Positions 23,301 to 40,305 of a stretch of DNA of 64,000 nucleotides are shown in pieces (the first letter of the stretch is position 1; every line of letters begins with the position of its first letter). The stretch covers positions 1-64,000 of the forward strand of contig NIVC01000623.1 of the NCBI GenBank assembly GCA_002269645.1, in the 5' to 3' direction. A model generated the notes under the pieces. That model was not told the origin of the DNA. It made no database searches and saw only the letters and a program-made list of their open reading frames with translations. A program made the position numbers and the translations under genes. Source of the DNA: Macrostomum lignano. Lineage: Eukaryota.

Positions 23301-26300
23301 TATCCCCAAAGCGGCTTTGGTGGATCTATACTTCCGTAGTTAGACCTGCCATTACGTACGCCTCTGTTGTCTGGGTTAGCGCTACCCAGGTCAAAAGCCA
23401 TGCAGACCTGCTCAACACGATCCAAGGCAGAGCGTGTAGGCTCATCTGCAACGCCACCAGGTCCACGCCCTTTGCTGGCATGGGGGCCTTTCTTAATCTT
23501 CCGCCTCTTGACCTCTTCATCAGGGGTGAGGCGGCTAGAACGACGCGGCGTCTAATTGATGCCGGCGTCAAATTCATTTACATGAGAGCACCTGCTAAGC
23601 GGAACCTTGTCCCGCATAGCGATCTGTGCCTCAACTTTCTCAACGAGTGTCAGGCCAATCGCGTCTTCACCGATGGCATTGCCTCAACGCTCAACCTGAG
23701 ACAGCGCTACTCCGTAGCTATCGACTCGCGCGATAACATCAATGACCATTGGAACCCTGGTGAGCTTCATTGCTACACCGACGGTTCTAAGCAGTCAGCC
23801 AACACCGGCTTTGGTGTTGGAATCTTTCTGAACGGGAGGGTCATCGCTACCCACGCTCAATACACTGGGGTCAACTCCAGTGTTTTCCAAAATGAAGTTC
23901 TGGCCATCAGCTCCTGCACTGCAGAGCTTCTCGCCACTGGCGTTACTGGTAAGAACATCATTTTCCATTCGGACAGCCAAGCTGCCTTGCACGCCATCAG
24001 TGGCTGCAGCACCAACTCTGCTACAGTCCTTGACTGTATCAAACTCCTCAATGTGTTGGGTTCCGCCAACAAAATTACCCTTAAGTGGGTTCCGGGGCAT
24101 GTGGGGATCCGAGGAAATGAGTTGGCTGACACCCTTGCAAAAGTTGGTGCCTCCGGCTCCTCTCTCGGCCCCGAACCTCTTGTCCCGATTCCTGGCTGTG
24201 TCATCGACTCGCGCATCAAAGCGTGGATCAGGACTCAGCACCGCTCGACTTGGGCGAACCGCACGAACTGCAGGCAATCCAGAGGCGCTGTCCCTCAGCC
24301 CTCTCACCAGCTCCGGAAGCTCCTCTTGCGCCTCTCGCGCAGAGACATCCGGGCTGCCACCATGACCCTCTCTGGTCACGGCTGCTTCTCCAGGCACCAG
24401 TACCTGCAGGGCAACGCCACCAACGCCACCTGTAGTTTCTGCAACTCAGGTGACGAAACCGCTGAGCATTTCGTCAGCATCTGTCCCGCCTTCACGCGGG
24501 CCAGACTCACTTACCTCGGGCCACACACATCTATTACTGAAGCGTGCAAACCCGAAAACTTTAATCAGCTCATGCGCTACCTTCGGGCCACCCGCAGGGC
24601 TGAACTCTCCTTTCCAGAGAGCACCATAGCTGCTGGCGACACTGGGGGACCTCCCTGGGCGGCGCCAACCCTCCGTCCATAGCGACGCGTCGGCCGTTCA
24701 GGGACTAGCGGAATGGGCGCCCGCGCCTTCCCGCTGTGTCCCCTCCGGGACAGCCCTGCAGCTAAGTCAAGTAAGTCAAGTCAGCAGACTAAATACTACA
24801 GAATCAGTAGACTAAATACTACAGAATCAGCAGACTAAATACTACAGAATCAGCAGACTAAATACTACAGAATCAGCAAACTAAATGCTACAGAATCAGC
24901 AGACTAAATACTACAGAATCAGCAGACTAAATGCTACAGAATCAGCAGACTAAATGCTACAGAATCAGCAGACTGAATACTACAGAATCAGCAGACTAAA
25001 TGCTACAGAATCAGCAGACTAAATACTACAGAATCAGCAGAATAAATGCTACAGAATCAGCAGACTACATACTACAGAATCAGCAGACTAAATGCTACAG
25101 AATCAGCAGACTAAATGCTACAGAATCAGCAGACTAAATACTACAGAATCAGCAGAGTAAATGCTACAGAATCAGCAGAGTAAATGCTACAGAATCAGCA
25201 GACTAAATGCTACAGAATCAGCAGACTAAATGCTACAGAATCAGCAGACTAAATGCTACAGTATCAGCAAACTAAATACTACAGAATCAGCAGACTAAAT
25301 ACTACAGAATCAGCAGACTAAATACTACAGAATCAGCAGACTAAATGCTACAGAATCAGCAGACTAAATGCTACAGAATCAGCAGACTAAATACTACAGA
25401 ATCAGCAGACTAAATACTACAGAATCAGCAGACTAAATACTACAGAATCAGCAGACTAAATACTACAGAATCAGCAAACTAAATACTACAGAATCAGCAG
25501 ACTAAATACTACAGAATCAGCAAACTAAATACTACAGAATCAGCAGACTAAATGCTACAGAATCAGCAGACTGTTTACTATCAGACTGACTACTGAAAGA
25601 ATTCTAAGAAACTATGGGGAATATTATCACCCAAAAATTGTAAGAATCGCGCATCTTTCAGGCAGATCAGTACATAATCTACCTTAATAATGATGACCGC
25701 TGCGATTGGCTCTCGTGGCTAGAAAAATGCGAACTGTTGCTACGCGGAAACAATGTTATCTTAACTGGCGGTTGCTGAACAACATCAGTTGGAGCAGCTA
25801 TGCTTGGCACTGGAGTCATTGGCAGCAGGTCATTCTCTGCGCACACTGAAATGAGATCACGGGAGGCAATTTATATTTTTTAGTCTTCGCAGGTTCTCGC
25901 AGCGCAATAATCAAAAACTGTAATAAAAAAGATTTATTACAATATAGCAGGGCTACGTTAGCAAAGCCTTCTAGAAAATGCCAACACCATTTTGCTGTCC
26001 AACTATTTTGAAAAAGAGACGGTTAGAGAGCCAAAATTGTTTACATACTGGCGAGGTTTACTGTTGCAGTTGCACAAAAAAGCGTTGAAAAGAGTTTTTA
26101 TTTAAGTGTTGCAGCAGTTTAGATAGTTACGAGTACAATCCACAAAGTAATGGCACTCAAAAAAAATAAATAAACAATTTTTTTCTGATATTTACTTCTG
26201 CAGGTTATAGCAGCAAGCACTCCTGTTACACAGATAAATCGTAATACTATTTTACATGTATATACGTACATCCTGCACTCCAAAGCTGATGTTCCTGGCC

Positions 26301-28296
26301 TGGAAATAGAAAGTACTCTGAAAGTAAATAGCGAATACATGTCAATGGTGCGTTCTCCGGTCAATTTCGTGTGTAGAGTCATCTGAGGGTCTTGAGCTTG
26401 AGCCGCATGGGTCAGGCTACATTTTCGGTCAGATTACATTATGGACCCAGCTAATGTAAGCCAAGGATCAGGCTACAGGTACACCATGGGTCAGGCTACA
26501 GGTACACCATGGGTCAGGCTACAGGTACACCAAGGATCAGGCTACAGATACACCATGGGTCAGGCTACAGGTACACCATGGGTCAGACTACAGGTACACC
26601 ATGGGTCAGGCTACAGGTACACCAAGGATCAGGCTACAGATACACCATGGGTCAGGCTACAGGTACACCATGGGTCAGACTACAGGTACACCATGGGTCA
26701 GGCTACAGGTACACCATGGGTCAGACTACAGGTACACCATGGGTCAGGCTACAGGTATGCCATGGGTCAGGCTACAGGTATACAAATGGGTCAGGCTACA
26801 GGTATACAAATGGGTCAGGTTACAGGTATACAAATGGGTCAGGCTACAGGTATGCCATGGGTCAGGCTACAGGTATACAAATGGGTCAGGCTACAGGTAT
26901 ACAAATGGGTCAGGCTACAGGTATACAAATGGGTCAGGCTACAGTTATACAAATGGGTCAGGCTACAGGTATACAAATGGGTCAGGCTACATGTTTTCAA
27001 ATGGGTCAGGCTACAGGTATACAAATGGGTCAGGCTACAGGTATACAAATGGGTCAGGCTACAGGTATACAAATGGGTCAGGCTACAGGTATATAAATGG
27101 ATCAGGCTACAGGTATATAAATGGGTCAGGCTACAGGTATACAAATGGGTCAGGCTACAGGTATACAAATGGGTCAGGCTACAGGTATACAAATGGGTCA
27201 GGCTACAGGTATACAAATGGGTCAGGCTACAGGTATACAAATGGGTCAGGCTACAGGTATACAAATGGGTCAGGCTACAGGTATACAAATGGGTCAGGCT
27301 ACAGGTATACAAATGGGTCAGGCTACAGGTATACAAATGGGTCAGGCTACATGTATACAAATGGGTCAGGCTACAGGTATACAAATGGGTCAGGCTACAG
27401 GTATACAAATGGGTCAGGCTGCAGGTATACAAATGGGTCAGGCTACAGTTATACAAATGGGTCAGGCTACAGGTATACAAATGGGTCAGGCTACAGGTAT
27501 ACAAATGGGTCAGGCTACAGGTATATAAATGGGTCAGGCTACAGGTATACAAATGGGTCAGGCTACAGGTATGCCATGGGTCAGGCTACAGGTATACAAA
27601 TGGGTCAGGCTACAGGTATACAAATGGGTCAGGCTACAGGTATACAAATGGGTCAGGCTACAGGTATATAAATGGGTCAGGCTACAGGTATACAAATGGG
27701 TCAGGCTACAGGTATACAAATGGGTCAGGCTACTACAGGTATACAAATGGGTCAGGCTACTACAGGTATACAAATGGGTCAGGCTACTACAGGTATACAA
27801 ATGGGTCAGGCTACTACAGGTATACAAATGGGTCAGGCTACAGGTATACAAATGGGTCAGGCTACAAGTACCCAATGAGTCAGAAGGCCAATGCTGCAAC
27901 AGAGTTCACGATTAAAGTGGAAAGCTAAAATTCTGTGTGACCATGGGATGTTTGTTCAATAGTTATCCATATAACAAAGGATAAATCTTAAAGGAATGAG
28001 TTTTGAAAAATCGAAAGAGAAAGTAAAATTTTCGGGTTGCTTACAGCCTAGTTTGTCTATTGAAAGCTCGTTAATTGATAAAACTGTGAAATAATTGCTG
28101 CGAGGACTTTACAGGCTTATATGATAGATGCCCCAGTTAACTTACTCGATTCATGAAACATTTGATCGTCGCAGTCTCCACTAAAGCCAACGCACTGGTG
28201 CAGGTCTTGCAGATCCGTCTCAACAAACTCGCTGTTGTGCAGGTCCTCAGTGGGCTCCAAGCACTCCGCTTTCGTCTTCCACATTGACTGCTGCAT
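17361..28296 (-). CDS. Second, divergent ETS transcription factor (at least 3 exons, about 302 aa)
   Basis: Exons 28296(ATG; possible acceptor at 28308)-28146, 25845-25683 and 17955-17361 join in phase (1,2). ETS domain reads LLWQFLLKDLL...W...F...AARRWG...MSYEKMSRCIRDYW...RRLHFAF. The 5' end is uncertain. Confidence 0.8.
18881..19122 (+). ncRNA. HDV-like self-cleaving ribozyme at the retrotransposon 5' end (predicted)
   Basis: P1 GCACGCG (18881-87) / CGCGTGT (19076-82); P2 GACCCA (19057-62) / TGGG(C)TC (19116-22); P3 GGG (19063-65) / CCC (19073-75); L3 TACTCGT; P1.1 AC (19067-68) / GT (19083-84); P4 19089-19107; J4/2 CAGA with C19111. Confidence 0.8.
19398..20918 (+). CDS. Retrotransposon ORF1 (nucleic-acid chaperone, inferred)
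   Basis: Long open frame with first ATG at 19398, a basic patch RKRAKQRAKRQAKK, a central globular region and low-complexity ends. No CCHC knuckle seen. Confidence 0.85.
   Translation: MAFEPSMDNQANSRDGDPSKPQPQSEGPAGPAGRSQPTDSTVAKEGPAGSAGRSDQSYQTQNTQRPASSAGGSKGTASSEPKGPAKSGRSDEAQRARLERKRAKQRAKRQAKKGAAGAKAAASTMDAKATGVPRQPGGPAGGSSSSSAAALPGAAAAAAEAETTAQQMATANKEVPSGATFAAKAKAKIPGVIIQGRDQDWTTDQLQKVWSAVDSYLIELTVEEGISIGVERMVLRSTFVLIAPSSEEDARRLLQRLPTVSLDADLGGALFLREGQRPKTIPYVVFVPAKSTAAGPDVIRRVLLRLNPDLPASGLVYHRKVRRGETGNSIVLGLSSTWASRYPNGSSFQLGALKLKLRRGKSAKGKATANPGISGKSGAQSKAQGKAQADPKAKAASRPSASSSSATAVTAPAEPREPNLPVGEGVEDEAGSSESELSSATLVGSEGKDAGEEASSILSSEPEDSAGGPVGVRRPWTSTNSHLPVKPQRPGTRTICCPSLLDGPGL
20942..24682 (+). 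CDS. Retrotransposon ORF2: AP endonuclease, reverse transcriptase, RNase H, C-terminal CCHC (1246 aa)
   Basis: APE: IQEPW, GGDLNAHH, SDH. RT: KSPGPDG, FRPISL, LFLDIVGAFD, PQGG, GYADD, CLGV. RNase H: YTDGS, FQNE, SDSQ, WVPGH, NELAD. Zinc motif CSFC-x8-H-x4-C. No stops or frameshifts. Confidence 0.98.
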   Translation: MTKLHAAKGATFCLQINLQHCVSASVNLMKIAELYRPGLILIQEPWMRNGKLPNIPSGYSDFYVCGPGNSRPRAAILAASHLQAWLRTDLSDGDLCVIQSNHFSPRTCLVASVYIPGDRDPAPESLLRLAQYCESQNAELCLGGDLNAHHKHWGSKDTNTRGEELLALISNTNLMLCNRGSTPTFNNGRWTEVLDATLVTPRLFDRVKEWRVWSEEPSLSDHCFIAFNIADTKTQSPITWRRNIRNTDWAAYKAALDLHLQELTDLRPIETCEDVDHMAETLTGCIIAAYEAACPARAYRGKTSAPWWNPELGKLRRKAKSLHRRAMKTGNPEDMELFRQASRNFKSEVRKAKECKWRQFCNELDQDRPTSRLVKALTMDKMSKLAMIKKDDGSFTKDPEEVLQHMLSTFFPRVPTARPEPNHSMDGATLAAGIVTEDLIARAVRTFKPFKSPGPDGIYPVLLREAAKIPSFLRLTRNLMRASIQLGYVPKSWTEARVVFIPKPGKGDYQSVKAFRPISLTSAMLKLTERLILWRLLSCELTAMPLSNNQHAFRTGRSTDSALHAIVEKIERAVLGDGYALALFLDIVGAFDNVIFEAFQRALQNRKAHATLIRWIMYMISNRTVTAQLLGQTASTRVCKGGPQGGVLTPTLWNLVMDALLSDSRPDPVFKVGYADDVTAIVAGPSPSTLRDLMQSFIRKAESWANDNGLELSEPKTVAIMFTSRLRWNIRPLQLYGRDIAFAHQTRCLGVTLDHRLNWSFHVKAKAKRASAILAQLRRALGTSWGLSPKRLWWIYTSVVRPAITYASVVWVSATQVKSHADLLNTIQGRACRLICNATRSTPFAGMGAFLNLPPLDLFIRGEAARTTRRLIDAGVKFIYMRAPAKRNLVPHSDLCLNFLNECQANRVFTDGIASTLNLRQRYSVAIDSRDNINDHWNPGELHCYTDGSKQSANTGFGVGIFLNGRVIATHAQYTGVNSSVFQNEVLAISSCTAELLATGVTGKNIIFHSDSQAALHAISGCSTNSATVLDCIKLLNVLGSANKITLKWVPGHVGIRGNELADTLAKVGASGSSLGPEPLVPIPGCVIDSRIKAWIRTQHRSTWANRTNCRQSRGAVPQPSHQLRKLLLRLSRRDIRAATMTLSGHGCFSRHQYLQGNATNATCSFCNSGDETAEHFVSICPAFTRARLTYLGPHTSITEACKPENFNQLMRYLRATRRAELSFPESTIAAGDTGGPPWAAPTLRP
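26405..27870. repeat. 23/24-nt minisatellite (ATGGGTCAGGCTACAGGTATACAA)n in the upstream intron of the minus-strand ETS gene
   Basis: Long tandem array; explains the MGQATGIQ and WVRLQVYK ORFs. Confidence 0.95.
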
Positions 28297-29159
28297 CAGG
28301 GATATTGCCTACACGGAGCTCTTGCTCGACAAGATAAACAGGATCCGAATGATGCAAAAAATTGAGATGGATGGGCGAAAATAGAGAAATATAGGGTTAT
28401 ATTTCTCGCCGATTCTCAAGGACAATGAACCGTCTCAACAAACGGAATAAGGCCAATGAGAGATTGCCTGGAATTAGTTTTTTATTGTCCACGCAAGGTG
28501 TCTCTCTAGTCTCCGAGCTCACTTACGCGGATCGAGGCAGTCCTGAGCTGTTTTGTAAATCCTATCCAACTACAGCAGTGAGCACGAGAGAGAGAGAGAG
28601 AGTCTTGTGCAGAGACAGTGTGCTCAGCTCACACTGAGCACAGAGATACAAGTAGCCAGCATGGCCAGCTGGGGCACAGTTTTTGGTGCAGTCCGCGTGC
28701 AGACAGACAAGACGAGTAGAGAAAAAGTCTGCACTAGAAAAATAAATAAACAGATCCTTGTTACTGGCATTGGGCTCAGGTGGGGCTCAGGTGGGGCTCA
28801 GGTGGGGCGCACTGGGACGCAAATATTACACACCCAGCAACTCATTTAGTCCTTGGCTAGCCTGGCGGATATGCGCTAAAATAAGAGGTTAAGAGGTTGT
28901 CGCAGCTCCAACAGTGTAGAGCAGCTATAGAGTGCGCAAGGAAAAGCAAAACGCGGATGTAAGAGCACTTTGAGCGTGAGCAGTTGTCAAATTTATGCGA
29001 CCGTTTCTTAACCATCTCTCCGCTTGAATTTGCCGAGGGGTTTAAACTAATTGGCTCAGTCCTTTTAGAATAAGCGGCTCTTGTTGATAGCTTAATCTTA
29101 CTCTCCTTATTAGACTCAAGCTGCACACGAGTATGGTCAATTATTCTATGTTTTATAAC

Positions 29160-29815
29160 TCTGTTTATCTGACTTTCTGTTATCTCACTCTCCGTTATCA
29201 GACTCTTCCTACTATCTATCTCTTCCTACTATCTATCTCTTCCTACTATCTATCTCTTCCTACTATCTATCTCTTTCTGCTATCTGACTCTCTGTTATCT
29301 GACTCTTTCTCTGATATCTGACTCTCTGTTATCTGACTCTGCTATCTGACTCTCTGCTATCTGACTCTTTCTCTGATATCTGACTCTCCGTTATCAGACT
29401 CTTCCTACTATCTATCTCTTTCTGCTATCTGACTCTCTGTTATCTGACTCTTTCTCTGATATCTGACTCTCTGTTATCTGACTCTGCTATCTGACTCTCT
29501 GCTATCTGACTCTTTCTCTGATATCTGACTCTCCGTTATCAGACTCTTCCTACTATCTATCTCTTTCTGCTATCTGACTCTCTGCTATCTGACTCTTTCT
29601 CTGATATCTGACTCTCTGTTATCTGACTATTTCTGCTTTCTGACTCTTTCTGCTATCTGACTCTCTGCTATCTGACTCGTTCTGCTATCTGACTCTTTCT
29701 GCTATCTGACTATTTCTGCTATCTGACTCTTTCTGCTATCTGACTCTGCTAACTGACTCTCTGCTATCTGACTCTTTCTGCTATCTGACTCTGCTAACTG
29801 ACTCTCTGCTATCTG
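29160..29815. repeat. Mosaic short-period satellite built from TATCTGACTCT motifs
   Basis: Degenerate tandem units with higher-order re-duplication. Confidence 0.85.
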
Positions 29816-30329
29816 AGTCCTATCACGCCTCAACCAAAGTTTTGCACATAGGCAAAAGAACTAATAAGTCATTGATAATTAATCAAACTGAAAAAAAATT
29901 AAACACACTTCAAAATCTTAAATAATATTTTGCCAGGAAAGCCTAAAAATAAGGTGATCAAAAGCAGAAAAAATTATTTGATACAACTAGAAAAACAGTA
30001 TAGCTACGGTAATTGAAATCAATAAGATCAATAAATGATAGAAAATTATATTATGCCAATAGCCAAAAACATCAGAAAGAACTCAATGAATGATGCTAGC
30101 TTCAACAGCCTCGGAATAGCGCTCTAGTCTATACTGTATAAGACGTAAATATGCACAGAAACACCTAGCTAAGCTACTCTTATCTACTTAGTAAGTAGTA
30201 TAAATCGTGCAGTTTCAGTTATTACTGTGCAACAGTATTAAAGTTAATAATCACACATTTCATAATTTAATCAACAAAAATTTTCAGGAAGACTAATCTA
30301 GCGCACTTTAAGCGACATTGTCACACAAC

Positions 30330-30612
30330 CCGTGAGAGGCATTACTCTGCCGACTCAGCCGACTCCCCTGAGCAGGCACACAAGCGAGCGGATACGTACG
30401 CACAGGCACACACTCACACAGGAGTGTACAGCGGCCCTAACTTTATTTATCGTTAGGCATGTACACTTCACTGCGCCTTGGGGGGTCGGCCCTCAAAGGC
30501 GTTAATTGCACGAGCAGAGCCAAGCCGAGATTCCAGTTTAGCCCCAAATTAATCTGACTGCACTTGGAATCGAGCCATAAAGGCGATGCGCTAGACCACT
30601 TGGCTACGGCCC
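30330..30612 (-). mobile_element. tRNA-derived SINE-like element
   Basis: Minus strand begins GGGCCGTAGCCAAGTGGTCTAGCGC (A-box-like) followed by GGCTCGATTCC (B-box-like). The 3' boundary is approximate. Confidence 0.55.
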
Positions 30613-30657
30613 TACTAAAAAGCTCCTTGTACTGAAATATCAGTGTTTAAACTGCTA

Positions 30658-36980
<6,323 letters not shown>

Positions 36981-37214
36981 CTCTTATTTATATGGTCAAG
37001 TGCGCGACGGGCTGAAGGAGTTTGCATGGACGTCCATATACTGTAGCTGTTCCCGACAATGTCTAACAAGCGTGCGTACTAGTATAGCATTTGCAAGCCT
37101 ACTGCGATCGTGATGGAATGTTTAATTGTACTTGTACATGTAGATCTAATGCTGCAGCCTATATGATCTTGATAGAAAATCGTAACATTGTACCGGTCTA
37201 CGATACAATTTTAA

Positions 37215-38145
37215 TGGACAATCGAACATATGCTGCTGTCTAAGATTTAAATTGCAATGGACAATCGAACATGTTGCAGCGTTACAATCAGATTGCAATG
37301 GACAATCGAACATGTTGCTGACTTACATTCGGATTGCAATAGACAATCGAACATGTTGCAGCGTTACAATCAGATTGCAATGGACAATCGAACATGTTGC
37401 TGACTTACATTCGGATTGCAATAGACAATCGAACATGTTGCAGCGTTACAATCAGATTGCAATGGACAATCGAACATGTTGCTGACTTACATTCGGATTG
37501 CAATAGACAATCGAACATGTTTCTGCGTTACAATCAGATTGCAATGGACAATTGAACATGTTGCTGCGTTACATTCAGATTGCAATGGACAATCGAACAT
37601 GTTTCTGCGTTACAATTAGATTGCAATGGACAATCGAACATGTTTCTGACTTACATTCGGATTGCAATAGACAATCGAACATGTTTCTGACTTACCAGGT
37701 ACATTCGGATTGCAATAGACAATCGAACATGTTTCTGCGTTACAATCAGATTGCAATGGACAATCGAACATGTTTCTGACTTACATTCGGATTGCAATAG
37801 ACAATCAAACATGTTTCTGCGTTACATTCAGATTGCAATGGACAATCGAACATGTTGCAGCGTTACATTCAGATTGCAATGGACAATCGAACATGTTTTT
37901 GCGTTACATTCAGATTGCAATGGACAATCGAACATGTTGCAGCGTTACATTCAGATTGCAATGGACAATCGAACATGTTTTTGCGTTACAATCAGATTGC
38001 AATGGACAATCGAACATGTTGCTGACTTACAATCAGATTGTAATGGACAATCGAACATGTTTCTGCGTTACATTCGGATTGCAATGGACAATTGAACATC
38101 TTGCTGACTTACATTCGGATTGCAATGGACAATCGAACATGCTTT
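37215..38145. repeat. 41-nt minisatellite (GATTGCAATGGACAATCGAACATG...) between MPP6 and STIM
   Basis: Tandem degenerate units, no unique spacers. Confidence 0.93.
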
Positions 38146-38626
38146 TATCTAACAGGGATAAACTGATGACTGATTAGCAATCAAGCTGCATCTGATTTTC
38201 TCGATATGTACGCAGATCAGATGCCTGTGATTGATTAAATTTATTAAACTACGAGTTTTAGCAACAACATGTTTTATATTCGCAATCGAGCGCACATTAC
38301 ACAATAAAACCGTCCCTTAAAAATCAGCGGCAAGGTACTACACACAATGAAACTCAATTAAGTAAAATTATAAGACTCAAATCAGTCGCGAAATCAAATT
38401 TAAGTATGAGCAAAATGCATTGTTGAATCAACTGATTTATTTATAGACCTCTACAGTTGACACATTACAATGTTGACTATGCAAAATGCCATCAACTTGC
38501 CTAATAAGTGTTCATATTTGCCAAATAAAAGATCAATGATAATTAACCCAATGAAACAATAAGCAAGCAATAAAGTCGCTGTATTCAAGCAACATTGGCT
38601 GGCACAAGAAATACGCAAAATATTAT

Positions 38627-39484
38627 TCAATCTGCTTCAGCCTTTCGCTTTCTACTCTGCTGAATGGTGCTCGGATGCGGCAGAATGGCCTGTGCCGCTT
38701 TGCCCTGCTTGTTCTGCTTTTTCCCCACCGACTGTTGCTGCTGCTGGCGCCGGGTCTGCTGTGGACTTTCTTTATTCTTCTTCTTTCTTAATCCTGCCTG
38801 CTGCTGAGACTGCTCTGATTGCTGCTTTTGCTGCCATTTCTTCTTTAACTTTCTCATGCGCTTGCGCTGAAGCCGCATCTCCGCGGTTGCCTCGTCCTCA
38901 TTGGCGTTCGTCGCTTGTACGCCCTGCGGCAGCTCGCCCTCCTCCGGCGACTCTACTTCCGCCGCTGGCGCAGTAGCCTCCTTCTCTTTTTCCGCCAACA
39001 GGCGCCTCTTCCTGGCGCGTTTCGTTTCAAAACTCTTGCCAATACTGGAGGCCAGTCCGCCGCCCTCAGCTGACCGCTGCTGCCGCCGCTGCCGCATCTG
39101 CTCGGCGCTCACCGTGGCGCTGGACTCCGCCTCCAATGCCGCATCGCTGGCCACCCCGCCGTGCTGGCCGGCGGCCATCAGCCGCTCGATAGCCGGATTG
39201 AAGCCGCCGTAGGAGACGCGGCCCCAGGAGGCCGGCTGCAGCGAGGGGGCGCCAGGCGCACCCGATGGCACATAGTCTGGCCTGGACACCGCGCCTGACA
39301 GCGGCGCCGGATTTGGCAGGCCGGACAACAGCTCCGGCTCGTAGCGCCACTCCTCGGATGTGATGACCCGGTCAGCCAGGCTCTGCTGCTTCTCTGCCTC
39401 CATCGCACTGGCCTGCATGAACTTCATGCGCAGCAGATTTTTTGATAAGCCGCGCTTCATCGCTGCTGGATTCGCCTGCGGCAT
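38627..39484 (-). CDS. MPHOSPH6: M-phase phosphoprotein 6 (nuclear exosome cofactor), single coding exon with basic C-terminal extension
   Basis: Contains LSKNLLRMKFMQ and GRVSYGGFNPAIERLM, the two MPP6 family motifs. Confidence 0.9.
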   Translation of the reverse strand: MPQANPAAMKRGLSKNLLRMKFMQASAMEAEKQQSLADRVITSEEWRYEPELLSGLPNPAPLSGAVSRPDYVPSGAPGAPSLQPASWGRVSYGGFNPAIERLMAAGQHGGVASDAALEAESSATVSAEQMRQRRQQRSAEGGGLASSIGKSFETKRARKRRLLAEKEKEATAPAAEVESPEEGELPQGVQATNANEDEATAEMRLQRKRMRKLKKKWQQKQQSEQSQQQAGLRKKKNKESPQQTRRQQQQQSVGKKQNKQGKAAQAILPHPSTIQQSRKRKAEAD

Positions 39485-39589
39485 CGATTGGTTGGGCTGC
39501 GGGATTCCAGAGGAATCTATCCCGATTAACTGACCCTAAATCCTAAATAATATCCTGCTATCCCATGCTTAACATCTCGATCCCTAACC

Positions 39590-40305
39590 AGACATCCCGA
39601 TTCCCAAATCTGACATCCCGATTCCCAAATCTGACATCCCGATCCCAAATCAGACATCCCGATTCCCAAATCTGACATCCCGATTCCCAAATCTGACATC
39701 CCGATCCCAAATCTGACATCCCGATTCCCAAATCTGACAGTTCGATCCCAAATCTGACATTCCGATCCCAAATCTGACATCCCGATCCCCAATCTGACAT
39801 CCCGATCCGAAATCTGACATCCCGATCCCTAACCTGACATCCCGATTCCCAAATCTGACAGTTCGATCCCAAATCTGACATTCCGATCCCAAATCTGACA
39901 TCCCGATCCCCAATCTGATATTCCGATCCGAAATCTGACATCCCGATCCCTAACCTGACATCCCGATCCCAAATCTGACACCCCGATTCCCAATCTGACA
40001 CCCGTTTCCCAAATCAGACACCCCGATTCCCAAATCAGACATCCCGATTCCCAAATCAGACATCCCGATTCCTAAATCTGACATCCCGATCCCAAATCTG
40101 ACACCCCGATTCCCAATCTGACATCCTGATTCCCAATCTGACATCCCGATCCCTAACCTGACATCCCGATCCCAAATCTGACATCCCGATTCCCAAATCT
40201 GACATCCCGATTCCCAAATCTGACATCCCGATCCCAAATCTGACATCCCGATCCCTAACCTGACATCCCGATCCTAAACCTGACATCCAGGTCCCCAATC
40301 TGACA
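39590..40305. repeat. 20/21-nt minisatellite (CCCGATTCCCAAATCTGACAT)n
   Basis: Tandem array immediately upstream of MPP6. Confidence 0.93.

Larger units (their letters stand above)
18881..24780 (+). mobile_element. Full-length non-LTR retrotransposon, LOA/Lian-like clade (ORF1 + APE-RT-RNase H ORF2)
   Basis: Sharp boundaries in the satellite with TCAGCAGACTAAA repeated on both sides (18868-18880 and 24781-24793). Two ORFs, a structured 5' UTR, a 3' stem-loop and an (AAGTC)-like tail. Clade inferred from LQINLQH, PQGGVLTPTLWNLV, GLSPKRLWWIYTSVVRP and the RNase H domain. Confidence 0.95.
18051..25575. repeat. 23-nt satellite (AAATACTACAGAATCAGCAGACT)n, split into 18051-18880 and 24781-25575 by the retrotransposon
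   Basis: Same unit and same orientation on both sides of the insertion. Confidence 0.97.

Noticed and set aside
21014-24435. Antisense and alternate-frame ORFs inside the retrotransposon, and antisense ORFs over GPCR, ETS, MPP6, ITFG1 and 50839-51375
   Set aside because: Shadows of GC-rich coding sequence on the opposite strand or frame, with no independent motifs.
26441-27928. 495-aa and overlapping repetitive ORFs (also 1844-2529, 13493-14440, 33097-33897, 34017-35749, 37252-38177, 39526-40298, 42930-43497, 60821-62615)
   Set aside because: Read-throughs of stop-free tandem repeats, open in several frames, lying within introns of reconstructed genes.
38161-38220. Hammerhead ribozyme core (CTGATGA) here and TGATGAG in the 44180-44635 repeats
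   Set aside because: No correctly placed GAAA or three-stem junction could be built.
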